Positions 48,073-60,490 are shown, counted from the stretch's first letter. The stretch: 64,000 bases of DNA from Flaccisagitta enflata (GCA_965153355.1 OZ231126.1:48422001-48486000); one strand, 5' to 3'. The notes: a model not told the origin generated them from the sequence alone. Program-made: numbers and translations.

Positions 48073-48478
48073 TTCATATAAAATCCTTTGAAATTATTTG
48101 TTGATACTCGTATAAATATGGTTTCTTATCAATAAACAGTATTGGTTCATCATTTCTACCTCACTTTATATAACATGAAAGAACGAGTACTGCATATTCT
48201 ATTGATTTGTATATTCATAGAATGATGTTTTTTTAGTCGCGTGGACGCGACTCTAGAACTTGCTGCGTCGGTCTGTCGGTCAGTAACAAAATCAAAATAT
48301 ACGTTCTATGCCATAGAATCTATGGTCATTTTAAGGCATTAAAAGATAATCATAGGTAATCAAAAAGTGAATAAAAGTCATGACTATCTGCCCGATTGCT
48401 TGCTAGGAGAGAAACTAGTTTTTCGTAGTGGAGTTAGTTATGATGCCGCATACGAAGATTTGTCACTGAGTAGATCTA

Positions 48479-49227
48479 CAGTATGATTTTTTTGGAATGC
48501 AACATAAGAAACCTATATATCTCCGATCCTAAGCATCGTAGCAAGATTTTTTCCATGTTTTTTCTGATATCGTGATGCAATATGAAGTATCTCTACCACC
48601 AAGCCAGTAAAAACATTGACATCTTTAACATCTTGAAATTAGCTGTCTGGTTCTCCTTCTAAAAAAGATGAGGAAGATCTGTTGATAAAATAATTGATGA
48701 TCATGAGACCAACTGAATCATAACACAAATATTTTCTAAAGTCAGTCCAGAAAATCAAACGGAAGCCCCTTGGTTGCTAATTGTTTGATCAACTGAACCT
48801 ACTCATTCTTTTTAGTCGCGTGCTACGCGACTCTACACCCCGCTTTGTCGGTCCGTCCGTCGGTCCGTCGGTCCGTCCGTCACACTTTACTTTTTTGGGG
48901 TTTTTGCGGTTTTTTGGCCTTGCTGCTCCTGCCCAAATGATCTGGTGACCTCAATTATGGCCCCTGCCCACCCGCACGCAACTGGGGTAGCCGTGTATCC
49001 GGCCTTGTTGGAGGGAGAATTAGACAGCCAATTTCTTGATGTTAGAGATGTCAATGTTTTTACTAGCATTGTGGTAGAAATATTTCATGATGCATCATGA
49101 TATCAGAAAAAACATAGAAAAAATAGTTTTTCGTGCTCTATCCAATGGTGCAATCCCCATCTTGCTACTATGCTCAGGAGCGGAGATATGTAGGTTTCTT
49201 ATGTTGCGTTCCAAAAAAATCATACTG
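48479..49227. mobile_element. MITE containing a nested HINE-like element (48808-49009, near-identical to 59684-59873)
   Basis: TA-CAGTATGATTTTTTTGGAA..CAACATAAGAAACCTA and its reverse complement followed by TA. Confidence 0.8.
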
Positions 49228-49543
49228 TAATTAAGTTATGATTTGTAGTTTTTTTCGCATGCTACGCGACTCTACACCCCGCTTTATCCGTTGGTCGGTT
49301 GGTTAGTCAGTCGGTCGGTCCCCACTTTCCTTTTTTTGCGTTAACGAGTTCACTGCTCCTAACCAAATGCCCTAATGACCTTCTCCATCACTGCCCCTGC
49401 CCACCCGCACGTAACTAGGGTAGCCGTTTATCCGGCCTTGTTTTTAGTTGCGTGCAAGCGAGTTAGTATGTCGGTCGGTCGGTTGGTTACCAAAACAGAA
49501 TAAAGCCATCTTTGTCATTTTTGAAGGGTACTTTAGGGTACAG

Positions 49544-49887
49544 CACAGCGCAATCTGTAGTACAAAAAGGTGACATTAATGCCCCGGGCAAAAACCCTGA
49601 TGTCCCCGGTAAAAAAAGATTAGAGTTTAGATATGCCCAGTTTTATGCCCCGTTAAAAGTTAATGAAAAAAATGATTCAGGGACTAAACGAGGACTTAGC
49701 GGGGCATATGCCTCATCTAGTTTAGTTTTTCTTAATCAAAATTAGGAAATGAAGAAAATAAGTTAGTCTAAACGGGGGATTCCCCTGGATCAAACTCTGA
49801 CATTTTTAGACTATGCCCAGTTCACTTATGAATAATTGTAATGGGGGAATTCCCCAGGGCATTAATATCACTACAGATTGCGCTGTG
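49544..49887. mobile_element. MITE, followed by a 9-bp (ATTATGTGA)-type array at ~49920-50237
   Basis: TIR CACAGCGCAATCTGTAGT / ACTACAGATTGCGCTGTG. Confidence 0.65.
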
Positions 49888-50259
49888 TACAGGAAGTACT
49901 TTCGGGCAACTACGTCTTTATGCGATTATGTGATTTTGTAATTTTCCTATTATGTGATTATATGTATATGTGATTATGTAATAATATAAAAATGTGGTTA
50001 TAATGTTTATGTGATTATGATATTATGTAATTATATAATTATGTAATTATATAATTATGTTATTTTGTAATCATGTGATTATGTAATTGTGTGATTAAGT
50101 GACTATGTGATTATGCATTTATATGATTATTTGATTATGTAATTATGTGATTATGTGACTATGTAACTATGCGATTGTGTGATTATGTGACTATGTAATT
50201 ATGTTAATATGTGATAACGAAATTATGTAATTATGTACTTAGGAAAAAAGGCAGGAGTA

Positions 50260-50954
50260 CAGTAGATCTCGTCTAGACTTGAGATAACAGGGGCAAGCAT
50301 TGGGGAAAGACGAATGAAGGCAGGAGAGCGATATTTAGATCATAAACTAATCAAAGGGTGTTTAATTCCCCATGACAGCTGGTTGCCATGGAAACATATT
50401 TTCATGTATTATCACTAAAATATCCATATTTTGAGAGATTTTTTCTGGGACATTGCTAAATATCAAATTTGCAACAACTTCCCCTCAGTATATTCTGTAA
50501 GAATGTCGCGTGTTTAGCCGTTGCTGAAGAGCGTATCCATGTGTGACAACTCTTAGCAACTGCCAAACGAGCGACATTCTTACACAACTTACTGTGGGAA
50601 AATTGTAGCAAATTCAATTAAGAAAAATATTCCCTTAAAAATTTTCTCAAAATATCGATATTTTAGCGAAAATACGTAACAATGTATGTCCATAGTAACC
50701 AGCTATCTTGAGCGATAGTGCATCTCTTTATTTGTTTAAATTTCAAATATCACCCCTAGCTTCATTTATTTTTAGGTGCGACAAAGCACCTCTATAACTG
50801 GCTATGTCCATTTGTCAGTTTGTTGGTTAGTCGATTGGTTTGTGGGGTAACGCATTTGTTTTACGATCCACACATTGCACACGTCGCACCTTATTGGCCT
50901 ACTTAGTCTTGTTCTACAATGCTCGCCCCCGTTTAGTCTAGACGAGATCTACTG
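50260..50954. mobile_element. MITE with nested HINE-like element (50770-50912)
   Basis: TA-CAGTAGATCTCGTCTAGACT / AGTCTAGACGAGATCTACTG-TA. Confidence 0.8.
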
Positions 50955-51215
50955 TAAGTATGAAGGAAGGAGTATCAATGTATGAAGGAACAAAGGGAGG
51001 AGTGTATATATATACATGTAGTTGAGTTGTGTGTAATTGTTAAACGGAGCACGCGACTGTTGGCCTGTTGGGCTTGTTTATTTTACAATAACCTCAATAA
51101 GCTATGAAGCTGCTTGACACAAATCTTTATCAAACAGCTACATTTGTTTTTTCATTACTTACATGGCTTATAGTATGGACTTATACTTTCTAATTTTCCA
51201 AACACGAAACTAGTC

Positions 51216-52072
51216 CAGGCCTTTTTTTAGAGCGAGCCCGCGAGCCCGAGGCTCTCTATTTTGTAGTCGGGCTCTCACTTTTTGCTGGCTCAGAGCCCGG
51301 CAGGCTCTCTGTGATTTAGTGAGACATGTTAGTTGATTTTAACCTTATTGTAGAATTTCAAAAGCGCACACTATGACCAAAAAAAAAAAAAAAAAAAAAA
51401 AAAGGAAAAAGAAAAAAGAAAAAATCCCGAGCAAAATGTTGTTATTGTTATACATTTTAGCAAAGAGAAAGTTCAGGCAAAATCCATGGTCATAGCTCAA
51501 TGAAGTGCTCTGTGAAAGCTCTTTCAAATATCCTATCTCCATTTATTTCGAAATGGCATTAGAATGAAAACAGGTGGTCAAAAACTGGAAAATTCGCTAC
51601 AGGATCTACAGGATTCTTTTTAAATTATAAGAATTAAACGTGAGAATTTGTTCTTGGTGCCGGCCATTTTTAAGAAAATTTTAAGCTTAAATTAAGAAAT
51701 CAGCAACATTTTCAGGGCGTTGCTATTTTGATGTTTTGACGTTGCTATTTTTCCTCTGCCTAAATATCTGATTTGTATGGGCATTGCCCCTGTCCATCCG
51801 GAACTAGGGCAACTGTATATCCAGCTTTTTAAAAAAAATTGTAATGTAATTGAGTCTAATTTAAATAGTTCGCATATGATGATTTCCTCCTTGTATTTCT
51901 GGTTACAGAGATACAAAAAGCCATTGTTTTATGCCAGTGCATTGATGTAAGCTCACATAATTAGATAATTGTTTATTTGCTGCCGGGCTCGCTGTTTTTC
52001 CGTCGGGCTCTGTAAAATTGTGCAGAGAGAGCCCGACTGGCTCTGTAAAAAAATTCACTAAAAAAAGGTCTG
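51216..52072. mobile_element. Non-autonomous DNA transposon with subterminal GAGCCCG repeats (possibly hAT-like)
   Basis: CAGGCCTTTTTTTAG / CTAAAAAAAAGGTCTG termini; no clean TSD seen. Confidence 0.55.
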
Positions 52073-52124
52073 GAAACTACGCTATCATTGACAACAGCTC
52101 TCAGAAATATAAAAAAAATCTTGA

Positions 52125-53250
52125 TTTCCTCTCGTCCATTTGTGACTAAACCAATATTGAGGAGGAGTCCACTGAGACAAAGATCTCAGGATCATGTCAA
52201 AATTGGGGGATTTTACCGTCCATCCCTATCTTGACCAATTTTGACCCAAGGAATCCAAATCTGCAGTCAGAAATGGTCTCAGGTCAAAATTTCGATAGGT
52301 TACGGCTACATTTCTCAGGTCAAAATACTATTTAAGGTCAAATTTTCAAAATTCTGATTGCAAATTCAAAATCCTTGGAAAGAATTATTGAAAGAAAGTA
52401 TCTTTTTTTGAAATTTTGATTGGAACATAGTCAAAATTAGCGTTAAACAACCAAAATAGAGTGAAATTGCTCTTTTATCTAAATTTGGCCTAATTTTGAC
52501 GGATAATGTTAATTTTGACTAAGTTCTAATCAAATTTTGAAAAAAGAAAGACACTTTCTTCACAAAGTTTTTTGCAAGGATTTGGAATCTGCAATCAGAT
52601 TGACAAATTTCCAATTTTTAAACGTTGACCTTTTATAGTATTTTGACCTGAGAAATGTAGCTGTAGCCTATCGAAATATTGACCTGAGACCATTTTTGAC
52701 TGCAGATTTGGATTCCTTGGATCAAAATTGGTCTAGAAAGGGATGGACGGTAAAATCCCACAATTTTGACATAATCCTGAGATTTTTTACCACTCAGACC
52801 ATCAGAAATTTTCTCAGATCAATTTTTCGTTCCCCATGGCCTAAGGTTCGAAGGTCGAAGACCATATCTGGTCAATTTCCATAATGTGATATATACATAT
52901 CTGATTGCAGATTCAGAATCCTCCTTTTTAGAAATTCTTTACTTAACACCGTCAAAATTAACGTTTCAGGTCAATTAGCTTAATTTTGGACAAAAGAGCA
53001 ATTTTTACTCAATATTAACCTTTAATGTCAGTTTTTACCATGTTCTAGCTAGAATTTCAAAAAATAAAAGTCCTCTGCAAAGATTCTGAATCTGTAACCA
53101 GATACAATCTAACACTTTAAACTCTGACCTTAATTGACCTTAGAGCCTCAGGCCATGGAGATCGAAAAAATTGACCTGAGAATAATTTTGATGGTCTGAG
53201 TGGATTCGCCCTCTCAATATTGGTCTAGCGTCAGATTGACGAGAGGAAAT
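52125..53250. mobile_element. Composite foldback: two adjacent hairpins inside an outer inverted repeat
   Basis: Inner IRs 52182-52783 and 52791-53202; outer IR 52125-52173 / 53199-53250. Confidence 0.75.
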
Positions 53251-53442
53251 AACGATTTTCACATGGTCCGGAGAGCTATTCTCTGTTTCGCCAGGATAAT
53301 AACAAGGAGAGAGACGACTCACGTCGTTTCTAACTTAATGACTCACATCAGTTTTAACCCAATAACTCACATCAGTCTAAACTGAATAACTCATAGTCAT
53401 AGGTCATAATAGAAGACTCATCATTGGTCAATCCAATCGACT

Positions 53443-53448
53443 TTTATT
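53443..53448 (-). terminator. Candidate AATAAA polyadenylation signal of AKTIP
   Basis: TTTATT on + strand ~540 nt downstream of the AKTIP stop. Confidence 0.45.
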
Positions 53449-53988
53449 GAAAATGAAATCAGTGGCCAAAAAAAAAAGTACGCGCTCGAGTACGAGATAA
53501 CACCGATCAAGGAGGCTAACTAGGTCTAGGACTACTTACAATCAAGCAATAATCGGATTTGAGTTTCACTTCCCACCTAAGTTATAAATCCCAGAATAGC
53601 TAAATGAACCGATTTCTGCAAATCCTAAGTGACTCAAAACTCTCAAAACTCACAAAACTGAAGTCAAGATCCCAGATGATCGACAGTAAAGTCGAACAAA
53701 ATTTGGAATGACTATAAACCGTCTTCAAATTTGAGTCACTGGCTCAATTACCCAGTATCACAGAGACCGGACCACTCTTGTTACGATCATGAGAAAAATT
53801 GCCGTGAAAGAAAGCTCGCATTAGAGGTTACATGACGCAGCTTGTTTGGACGTAAAGCAAGAGGTGAGAAGAGTTGCTTGCATGACATACGTTTCACAAA
53901 TTATTTTAGTAAGAATTTCATCGATGCCAAACTTGATATACCGGAAGTCTAAGACTGAAATCATGGAATTGATTTTTGAAGGACCTTG

Positions 53989-54375
53989 TCAAGAACGACC
54001 AACGAAGTTTTCCTCGTCACTGGCGCTGTCCAATTCACTACGGACAACAGCCACCTGGTCGTTTTTAACATCATTATTGTCATTATTGTCATCTTCATTG
54101 TCATTATCGGCATCGTCAATGTCATGATCGTCTATTCTTATCAGTGATGACTCTTTGGAAAAGACGGTGCGCGTTCCGGGACGAACCCAACTCAGTCCTT
54201 GGGCCTTGGACGCCGACGACGATGTTGAAGAGACCCGTCGACTGTTACCGCCCGTTAATTCCGACGTCGTCGTCATCTGAGACCGTATTTTGTCAAACTC
54301 GTCATCGGCGATGCTACGGAAGGCCAAAGCGTGAGGGTCGCACGACGATGGAGCGTCAAGAAGACGTTTGTTCGA
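53989..54375 (-). CDS. AKTIP: AKTIP last exon
   Basis: tttttccccag| SNKRLLDAPSSCDPHALAF...AQGLSWVRPG...FSKE, conserved AKTIP C-terminal motif; TGA at 53989. Confidence 0.88.
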   Translation of the reverse strand, partial: SNKRLLDAPSSCDPHALAFRSIADDEFDKIRSQMTTTSELTGGNSRRVSSTSSSASKAQGLSWVRPGTRTVFSKESSLIRIDDHDIDDADNDNEDDNNDNNDVKNDQVAVVRSELDSASDEENFVGRS

Positions 54376-54712
54376 CTGGGGAAAAAGGTGGAATGGAGAG
54401 GAATCGCGGTTAAATTCATGCTAAAACGAAAAAAATGACGCGATGCTCCGAATCTATTTTTAACCGCTCTGGTTACAACATAGATCTCATTTCACAATCG
54501 ACTTACGGCCAGCCCCTTACCATTATTTTCGCTTAATCACCTCATACACTACATAAAATCACCAACCTAATAGTTGCTCACGGCCTCAAAAGTTTTTCTC
54601 ATCACATACTTATGTCATCCAGTCACCATGTTATCACTAGTCACTAATTTATGTCACCGATGTCTGACCAAAATCCTTCTTTTAATTTCAGTCCCTCTTC
54701 CTGATCATCTCA

Positions 54713-55020
54713 TTTTTAGATGCGTCCTCGCATCTCTATGAGAGGGTCGGTTTGTCCGTCCGTCCGTCCGTCACGCCTCTTCTTCAATCACATAAATCCA
54801 TCTCAAAACACCCACGAACCACCCCCGACCATTTTTAGATGCATCCTCGCATCTCTATCAGAGAGTCTGTCCGCCTGTTGGTCCGTCCGTCCGTCCGTGT
54901 GTCCGTTGCGCCTCTTCTACCATCACATCTATCTATCTCAAATCAACCACGAACCACTCCCGCCCATTTTTAGATGCGTCCTCGCATCTCTATAAGAGTG
55001 TCCGTCCGTCCGTCCGTACC
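54713..55020 (+). repeat. Three tandem HINE-like heads (~120-130 bp period) in the last AKTIP intron
   Basis: TTTTTAGATGCGTCCTCGCATCTCTAT..(GTCC)n repeated three times. Confidence 0.75.
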
Positions 55021-55100
55021 TAGTTGTTTTTCTAGGTTGATCTGGCCCCCGTCCCTCCAACCACCACAATTCGATTTTATCATATCAAATTCTTTGAGTA

Positions 55101-55502
55101 CAGATTCAATGATAATACAATGAGAGGATCAGCAAAATCGCTAGCACCCCTACCCACAGCTTAGAGGGGTAATGTCACAAAGACAACTAAGGTGGCAGCT
55201 GGAAGCTTATCCCATAACAATTCCCGCCATCGAGGCGTTTTTCGAATTTCCTTCTCATTCTATAGAAAATGGTCATAAAAGGGTCAAATCCAACACTGCT
55301 GAAAATGGCCGATTTTCACCATAAAAAGAGCTATATTTCTAAAACTAGGTTGAGATTACAAAATCGCCTCGATAGCGGGAATTGTATTAGGATAAGCTAT
55401 CAGCCACCACTTTTGATACCCTTGTGATATTGATTATCTGCGCTTCAGGTAGGGGTGCTAGCGATTTCGACTACCCCTCTCACTGTAATATCACTGCTTC
55501 TG
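55101..55502. mobile_element. Foldback MITE in AKTIP intron
   Basis: TA-CAGA...AAATCGCTAGCACCCCTACC / GGTAGGGGTGCTAGCGATTT...TCTG-TA. Confidence 0.72.
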
Positions 55503-56008
55503 TATAGTTTCTTTTGAGTCAAGTAACTTTGCTTTGCTTCTTCTGGATAGTATCAGCTTTGTCACAACAAAACAAAAAAATCTCAACACATATGATTATC
55601 GCTGTAATCAGAATTTTTTGAGAACATTTTCTGACACTTTTTTTGACCACGTAAATTAATATTGATGCTAAGAGCCACAATATGCAATATTCATTTTAAA
55701 GCCATATTGTTCCTTTTGAAATAAACTCAATCCTCTCTCTTCTCTTAACATGACATATGTATAGTATGAAATTCAATACACGCAGAGTCACAGGCAGGAC
55801 ACATCGTTGCCTGGTCGGGCTTATTTGTTCGCTGGCTAAGCTGACGAGAGAGTGCGCCCAAAGGTCAAAAGGAAGATAGGTCCGTAACGCGAAATTTTGA
55901 ATGACGCGAAATTTTGAATGACGCGAAGTTGGCCAAATTCGTAATTTCTGAGTATAACAGCCCCTGCGCCCTGCCCACCCAAACACAGCCCCTGGTCTTA
56001 CCACTTAC

Positions 56009-56123
56009 CAGTTTTACACATTCCGTCGCCTTATGCTTGAAGAGATTAGGATCTTTCTCGAAAAGATTTGCGGCTTCGACATTGAAAAGCGGCTCCTTCA
56101 TATCGAACTGATAAAACGAACGC
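56009..56123 (-). CDS. AKTIP: AKTIP exon 5
   Basis: RSFYQFDMKEPLFNVEAANLFEKDPNLFKHKATECVKL; donor GTAAGT; phases 2/0. Confidence 0.9.
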
Positions 56124-56382
56124 CTATAATAGTAAAATGGTAATGACAGACGGACTTAAAATCGGGGCATTTATCATAAAAGAATGTTTTAAAGATTATG
56201 GGAAATTAAGATAGATGGTCGGCAGAAAAAGGCGCAGAGTGGTTTAGCAATATCCGAATGATTCAGCCCCTGTTTCTCATGGACAAGGGATAGATATTAT
56301 AGAACTACAACAAAACATACGTACAACTGCAGGGGTAATGCTCAATGTTCCCAGTTCAGATGACTTTACGACGACTGTTTAC

Positions 56383-56527
56383 CTTAGGCAAAGCAACAAC
56401 TGCCACAAGTGATTGGTGCCTTTTTTCCATTTAGGGAAAGATTTCGACGTGTCGAATTCTCCTGTCGTTGATGACACCATCGGATGAAAGGGAGCAGTCT
56501 CGAAAATTACTGTCGGGCAATCGCAGT
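56383..56527 (-). CDS. AKTIP: AKTIP exon 4
   Basis: DCDCPTVIFETAPFHPMVSSTTGEFDTSKSFPKWKKGTNHLWQLL; Asp at the E2 catalytic Cys position, as in AKTIP; phases 1/2. Confidence 0.92.
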
Positions 56528-56642
56528 CTGACAATGGCAGTTTAAAAACGCATCAGAGGAAGGGGAGGGGCAGGGAAAGAACAAGGGGAAGCATGGAGAG
56601 AGTGAGGGAAAGAGAAAAAAGAAAGAACTCACTCACGAAAGG

Positions 56643-56728
<86 letters not shown>

Positions 56729-56860
56729 GTAGGTGTGGGTTGAGAGTGGGAGGGTAGAAGGGGAGAGGAAGAAATCGAGTGGACAAAGAAATAAAGACAG
56801 ATCAAGACGTCCCTGAGAGAGGGTGCTTACAATTACAAGATATACTTAGATAAAGCGTAC

Positions 56861-56918
56861 CTGGAAAAGTATCTGGAATGTAAATGGTAAATTTGAAGGA
56901 GCCCCCCTCGAAGTGGCC
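56861..56918 (-). CDS. AKTIP: AKTIP exon 3
   Basis: GHFEGGSFKFTIYIPDTFP, UBC-fold strand; phases 0/1. Confidence 0.9.
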
Positions 56919-57240
56919 CTGAAGAAAACAGAGAACAAGGCTAATTTAATGATGCGTTTTTGCATCTCTATAAATCACTTGTCTGTCAGTCTGCCCGTCT
57001 AGCAGTCGGTCTGAATCGCAAATGCTTTAATCATAAAATCCGACGGGATTTCAACAGAGGAGCAGCGCCAGTCTTTTCTTTCATTAGTTCATTCATTCAT
57101 TGTTTCATTCATTCAAAAATAGTATTCATTTATAGAGGACGAATCGTTGGCCTATATATACTTGGCCTCGTGCTCAAACTTCATGAAATTAGAATCCGTG
57201 CATAACCGAGCCAAAAAAAGCAAACTTGTCTCGAGCTCAC

Positions 57241-57401
57241 CTGTCTCACAAAGATGATGCCGAACCAAATGAGCGCTGAAGCGCTTGAGGGAATAACGAA
57301 GACGCCGACAGGCTGTTGACGACGCACCAGATTAAATTCCGCCAATAGTGCGTATTCCAGGAAGAACGGCCGGTAAGTCTGCTTGAACGTCATTCCGTCT
57401 C
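57241..57401 (-). CDS. AKTIP: AKTIP/FTS (inactive E2-variant, FHF complex) exon 2
   Basis: [17 protein letters not shown]...[22 protein letters not shown], hallmark AKTIP N-terminus; GT-AG borders. Confidence 0.92.
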
Positions 57402-57517
57402 CTGAAAGATAATGTTGGAAATAGGCAGGCAAACACGAATCAAGGAAGGATCAAAGACGAAGGTGATGATCGGGAGGAGTAAAAAAATCGAAAAATACAT
57501 GAAGGGATAAAAAAAAG

Positions 57518-57737
57518 AACAAGTGACGCGGGGTCACAATATCGTTGCGGACGGGTGGGCAGGGGCATCCAAGCCCCATCCACACCCCAACCCACCTCCA
57601 ACACTCAAACATACACAAAAAGTATCAAAAATGCTCGTTTTCAACTCGATCACCACGCACCGACGGACCGACGGACCGACCGACCGACCGACGGACGGAC
57701 AAAGCCTCTTTTAGAGTTGCGTGTCCGCAACTAAAAA
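57518..57737 (-). mobile_element. HINE-like element, inverted relative of 9592-9787
   Basis: AACAAGTGACGCGGGGTCACAATATCGTTGCGGACGGGTGGGCAGGGGCAT ... AGTTGCGTGTCCGCAACT-AAAA. Confidence 0.72.
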
Positions 57738-57992
57738 TACATGAAGGGATAAAAAAAGAAAAATACATGAAGGGATGAAAAATACATGAAGGGATTAAAC
57801 TGTAATACCAGCAAACTCATAATTGATATCGAGTACCATATCGGTGTTATAAACCAAGACGTTATAGCAGCGTAAACTGTGCTACCCAGTTAAAACTAAC
57901 CTATCCATCACAATCTGTTCTTTGATAGGATTTGAAATGTGGTTACACCACACGATCTACAACCACCGACAAGATCTACTTTCATCACGTAC

Positions 57993-58026
57993 CCTGTTCG
58001 TGCGACCTTCTTTCGCCTCTGTCCAT
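57993..58026 (-). CDS. AKTIP: AKTIP exon 1
   Basis: AAAATGG start, MDRGERRSHEQ, donor G|GTACGT, phase 1 fits exon 2. Confidence 0.6.
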
Positions 58027-58641
58027 TTTGACCACCACTCAGCAGATGTCAGTGTCACCCGCGTTGCATAATAAGAGTTCGGTTTGTTGACTGACACGGA
58101 CAGTATTCGGAATGACAACACCGAAAACCAGTCTGAACTGCTGCCTGAACGGCTTGAAACATAGCTTCTTGGTTGCTGTAAGTTTTTTTCTTCCTTCCCT
58201 CTATTTTCCCCGAAGTCGCAAGAGGGAGGAGAAGCTCGTTATAGAGAGAGTCGTTTCTACCAAGCTCAACCTTTGTAACGAAAATTCGTCTCCAACGTAG
58301 TTACGCTTATACTCGTTCATTAGTAGTCTCGAGATGAACAACAAACTTAAATCGGCAACAGAAACATCTGATCGCCTTCGAAACGCCCATCAGAGCTCTT
58401 GCTTTTCTCAACAGGTTCATTAACCTGCAATTGAAGAAGAGGTACAAAGTTTAAGGAATTTATGACATAATCACGTTCAAATCAATCCCAAATTACGTTT
58501 CACACGACATTTGAATATGAATGAGCGAACTTAGTATTGCCAGCTAATAAACTAAAGAAAACCATCAGCAAATAGCAACCAAATGCGGAAATACCATCCA
58601 CACAACCCACATTCAACTGAAATAAATATTCGCTTCAAACA
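58027..58641. promoter_or_regulatory. Putative bidirectional promoter and 5'UTRs of AKTIP and GPR137
   Basis: Only ~615 bp of repeat-free DNA between two divergent start codons. Confidence 0.55.
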
Positions 58642-58780
58642 ATGAATGAAAACATTCCAAACATGTCCAACACAACGCTTACGACGAATCTACCGACCGA
58701 ACCACCTTCATCCATCAGCCCTGCTTTCGGGTTAAAGACTCACCAGCCTTTCACGATTGTTTACACTCTTTTGTATTCAG
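58642..58780 (+). CDS. GPR137: GPR137/TM7SF1-family lysosomal membrane protein, exon 1
   Basis: AAACAATG start, N-glycosylation sequons, ISPAF...FTIVYTLLYS; donor G|GTACAA. Confidence 0.8.
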
Positions 58781-59027
58781 GTACAAATAGCCATCAGAAC
58801 ATTACTGCAGAACATTTTAACATCCTGTATTCCAATTTCACGGTTAAGTTCTCCCCCATCTCGATCATTCAGGCCCCTAAATGTACGAATTTCTATTCGG
58901 TAATAACCACCACCTTAACAACAACAACTACAACAACATCAACAACAACCCCCAAACACAGTCTCACGAAAGTTCCTGCATAAATAACTTGATTTTCCTC
59001 AACTATCCCAACCCGTCTCTCGCCCAG

Positions 59028-59456
59028 GTATTTTCTTCTTCGTGTATTTCCAGCTGTGGTTGATCCTGTACCACGGACACAAGCGCTTCAGCTATCAAAC
59101 TGTGTTTCTATATCTGTGCCTCATATGGTCGGCCCTTCGGACGACGCTCTTCAGCTTTTTCTTCAAGGATGCCGCAACAGCCAATCAGTTGACATTTTTT
59201 CCTTACTGGCTGCTCTTCTGCTTCCCTTCCATACTACAATACGCCATCATGACGCTGTTGCTAGTTTTTTTCTCCCAGTTGATCGTCCCCGCGCATCTCC
59301 GCGATGCCGATGAATTGTCACGTCGACGCCGCCGCATTTTTGCCGTCGCTGGAGTCGGATTCGGCATTTTTCTCTGTACCAACTTCGTCTGCGCCATTCT
59401 CACTAAATACCTTTACATGACCGACCTATTTGAACGAGTGTCGAAAGCCAATATCG
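59028..59456 (+). CDS. GPR137: GPR137 exon 2
   Basis: YFQLWLILYHGHKRFSYQTVFLYLCLIWSALRTTLFSFFF...WLLFCFPSILQ, GPR137 signature; phases 1/1. Confidence 0.92.
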
Positions 59457-60010
59457 GTCGGGTTTCATCGCCATCTCCTTTTCCTGACGAAATTCTTCCC
59501 ACCCATAGGACACTTGAGCAGCGACATAGTCAGGATCATAATGCAGTGAAAAAGCAAGGCCAAGTAGGCCGATACGTGTGCCGTCTGGATCGTCAGATGT
59601 TTGCGTGACGGACCAACAAACCGAGCGACCGACGGGCAGACCCAACTTGAAATCGACAGCACGCACATTAAATCGACGTTACTTTTTTAGTCGCGTGCTA
59701 CGCGACTACACCCCGCTTTGTCGGTCCGTCGGTCCGTCCGTCCGTCACACTTTACTTTTTTTTGGTTTTTGCGGTCTTTGGCCTCACTGCTCCTGCCAAA
59801 GTGATCAAGTGACCTCAAATACGGCCTCTGCCCACCCGCACGCGACTGGGGTAGCCGTGTATCTGGCCTTGTTTTGTTAGGAGAGCATGATCAGGACCCA
59901 ATAAATTCAGATCTTTTTTCTGATCCTTATATGACTCCCATAAACCTAATGCCGAAGTTCCCCTTACGAGCCTGGAGCATCGCGTTGAAATCTGGCTCTT
60001 CCTTTTCAAG

Positions 60011-60372
60011 TGTTGGCCCGCGTGGTAATTAACGACGGCTTATTCATGATATGCGCCATCTGTTTGTCCGTCTGCATCGTGAAACTGACCAAGCGTCCGT
60101 CGGCGCGTGTGGCGTTTGAAGCCAAGGACATCGGCGTTCCCGGTGCCATCGCGCTCGCCGTCCTCATCTGCGTCATCTTCGTCTCCAGAGGGATTTATAA
60201 CTTCCTCGCAGTCTTCTTCAAAGCCTGTCCGTCCTTTGGGTATGGATGGATCAACGTGTCCGATCAAGCAGACTTGAGCAATTTGTCCGACGAAATGGCT
60301 TATTTCACTTTCGGACTGGTTTTGCTGATGTGGGAATGTCTGCCAACTACCATGATCATGCTGTTTTTTCGG
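60011..60372 (+). CDS. GPR137: GPR137 exon 3
   Basis: RVVINDGLF...SRGIYN...FGYGWINVSDQAD...WECLPTT...FFR; donor CGG|GTGAGG, phase 0. Confidence 0.92.
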
Positions 60373-60419
60373 GTGAGGAGAAAGTTAAACGGGGAGAGAG
60401 AGTGAGCGGGAGAGAGAGA

Positions 60420-60490
<71 letters not shown>

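Noticed and set aside
39000..53300. Autonomous transposase or Rep/helicase gene
   Set aside because: No ORF of suitable length or recognisable DDE/HUH motif; only non-autonomous elements.
56383..57401. Active ubiquitin-conjugating E2
   Set aside because: Catalytic Cys is replaced by Asp and the flanking motifs are AKTIP-specific.
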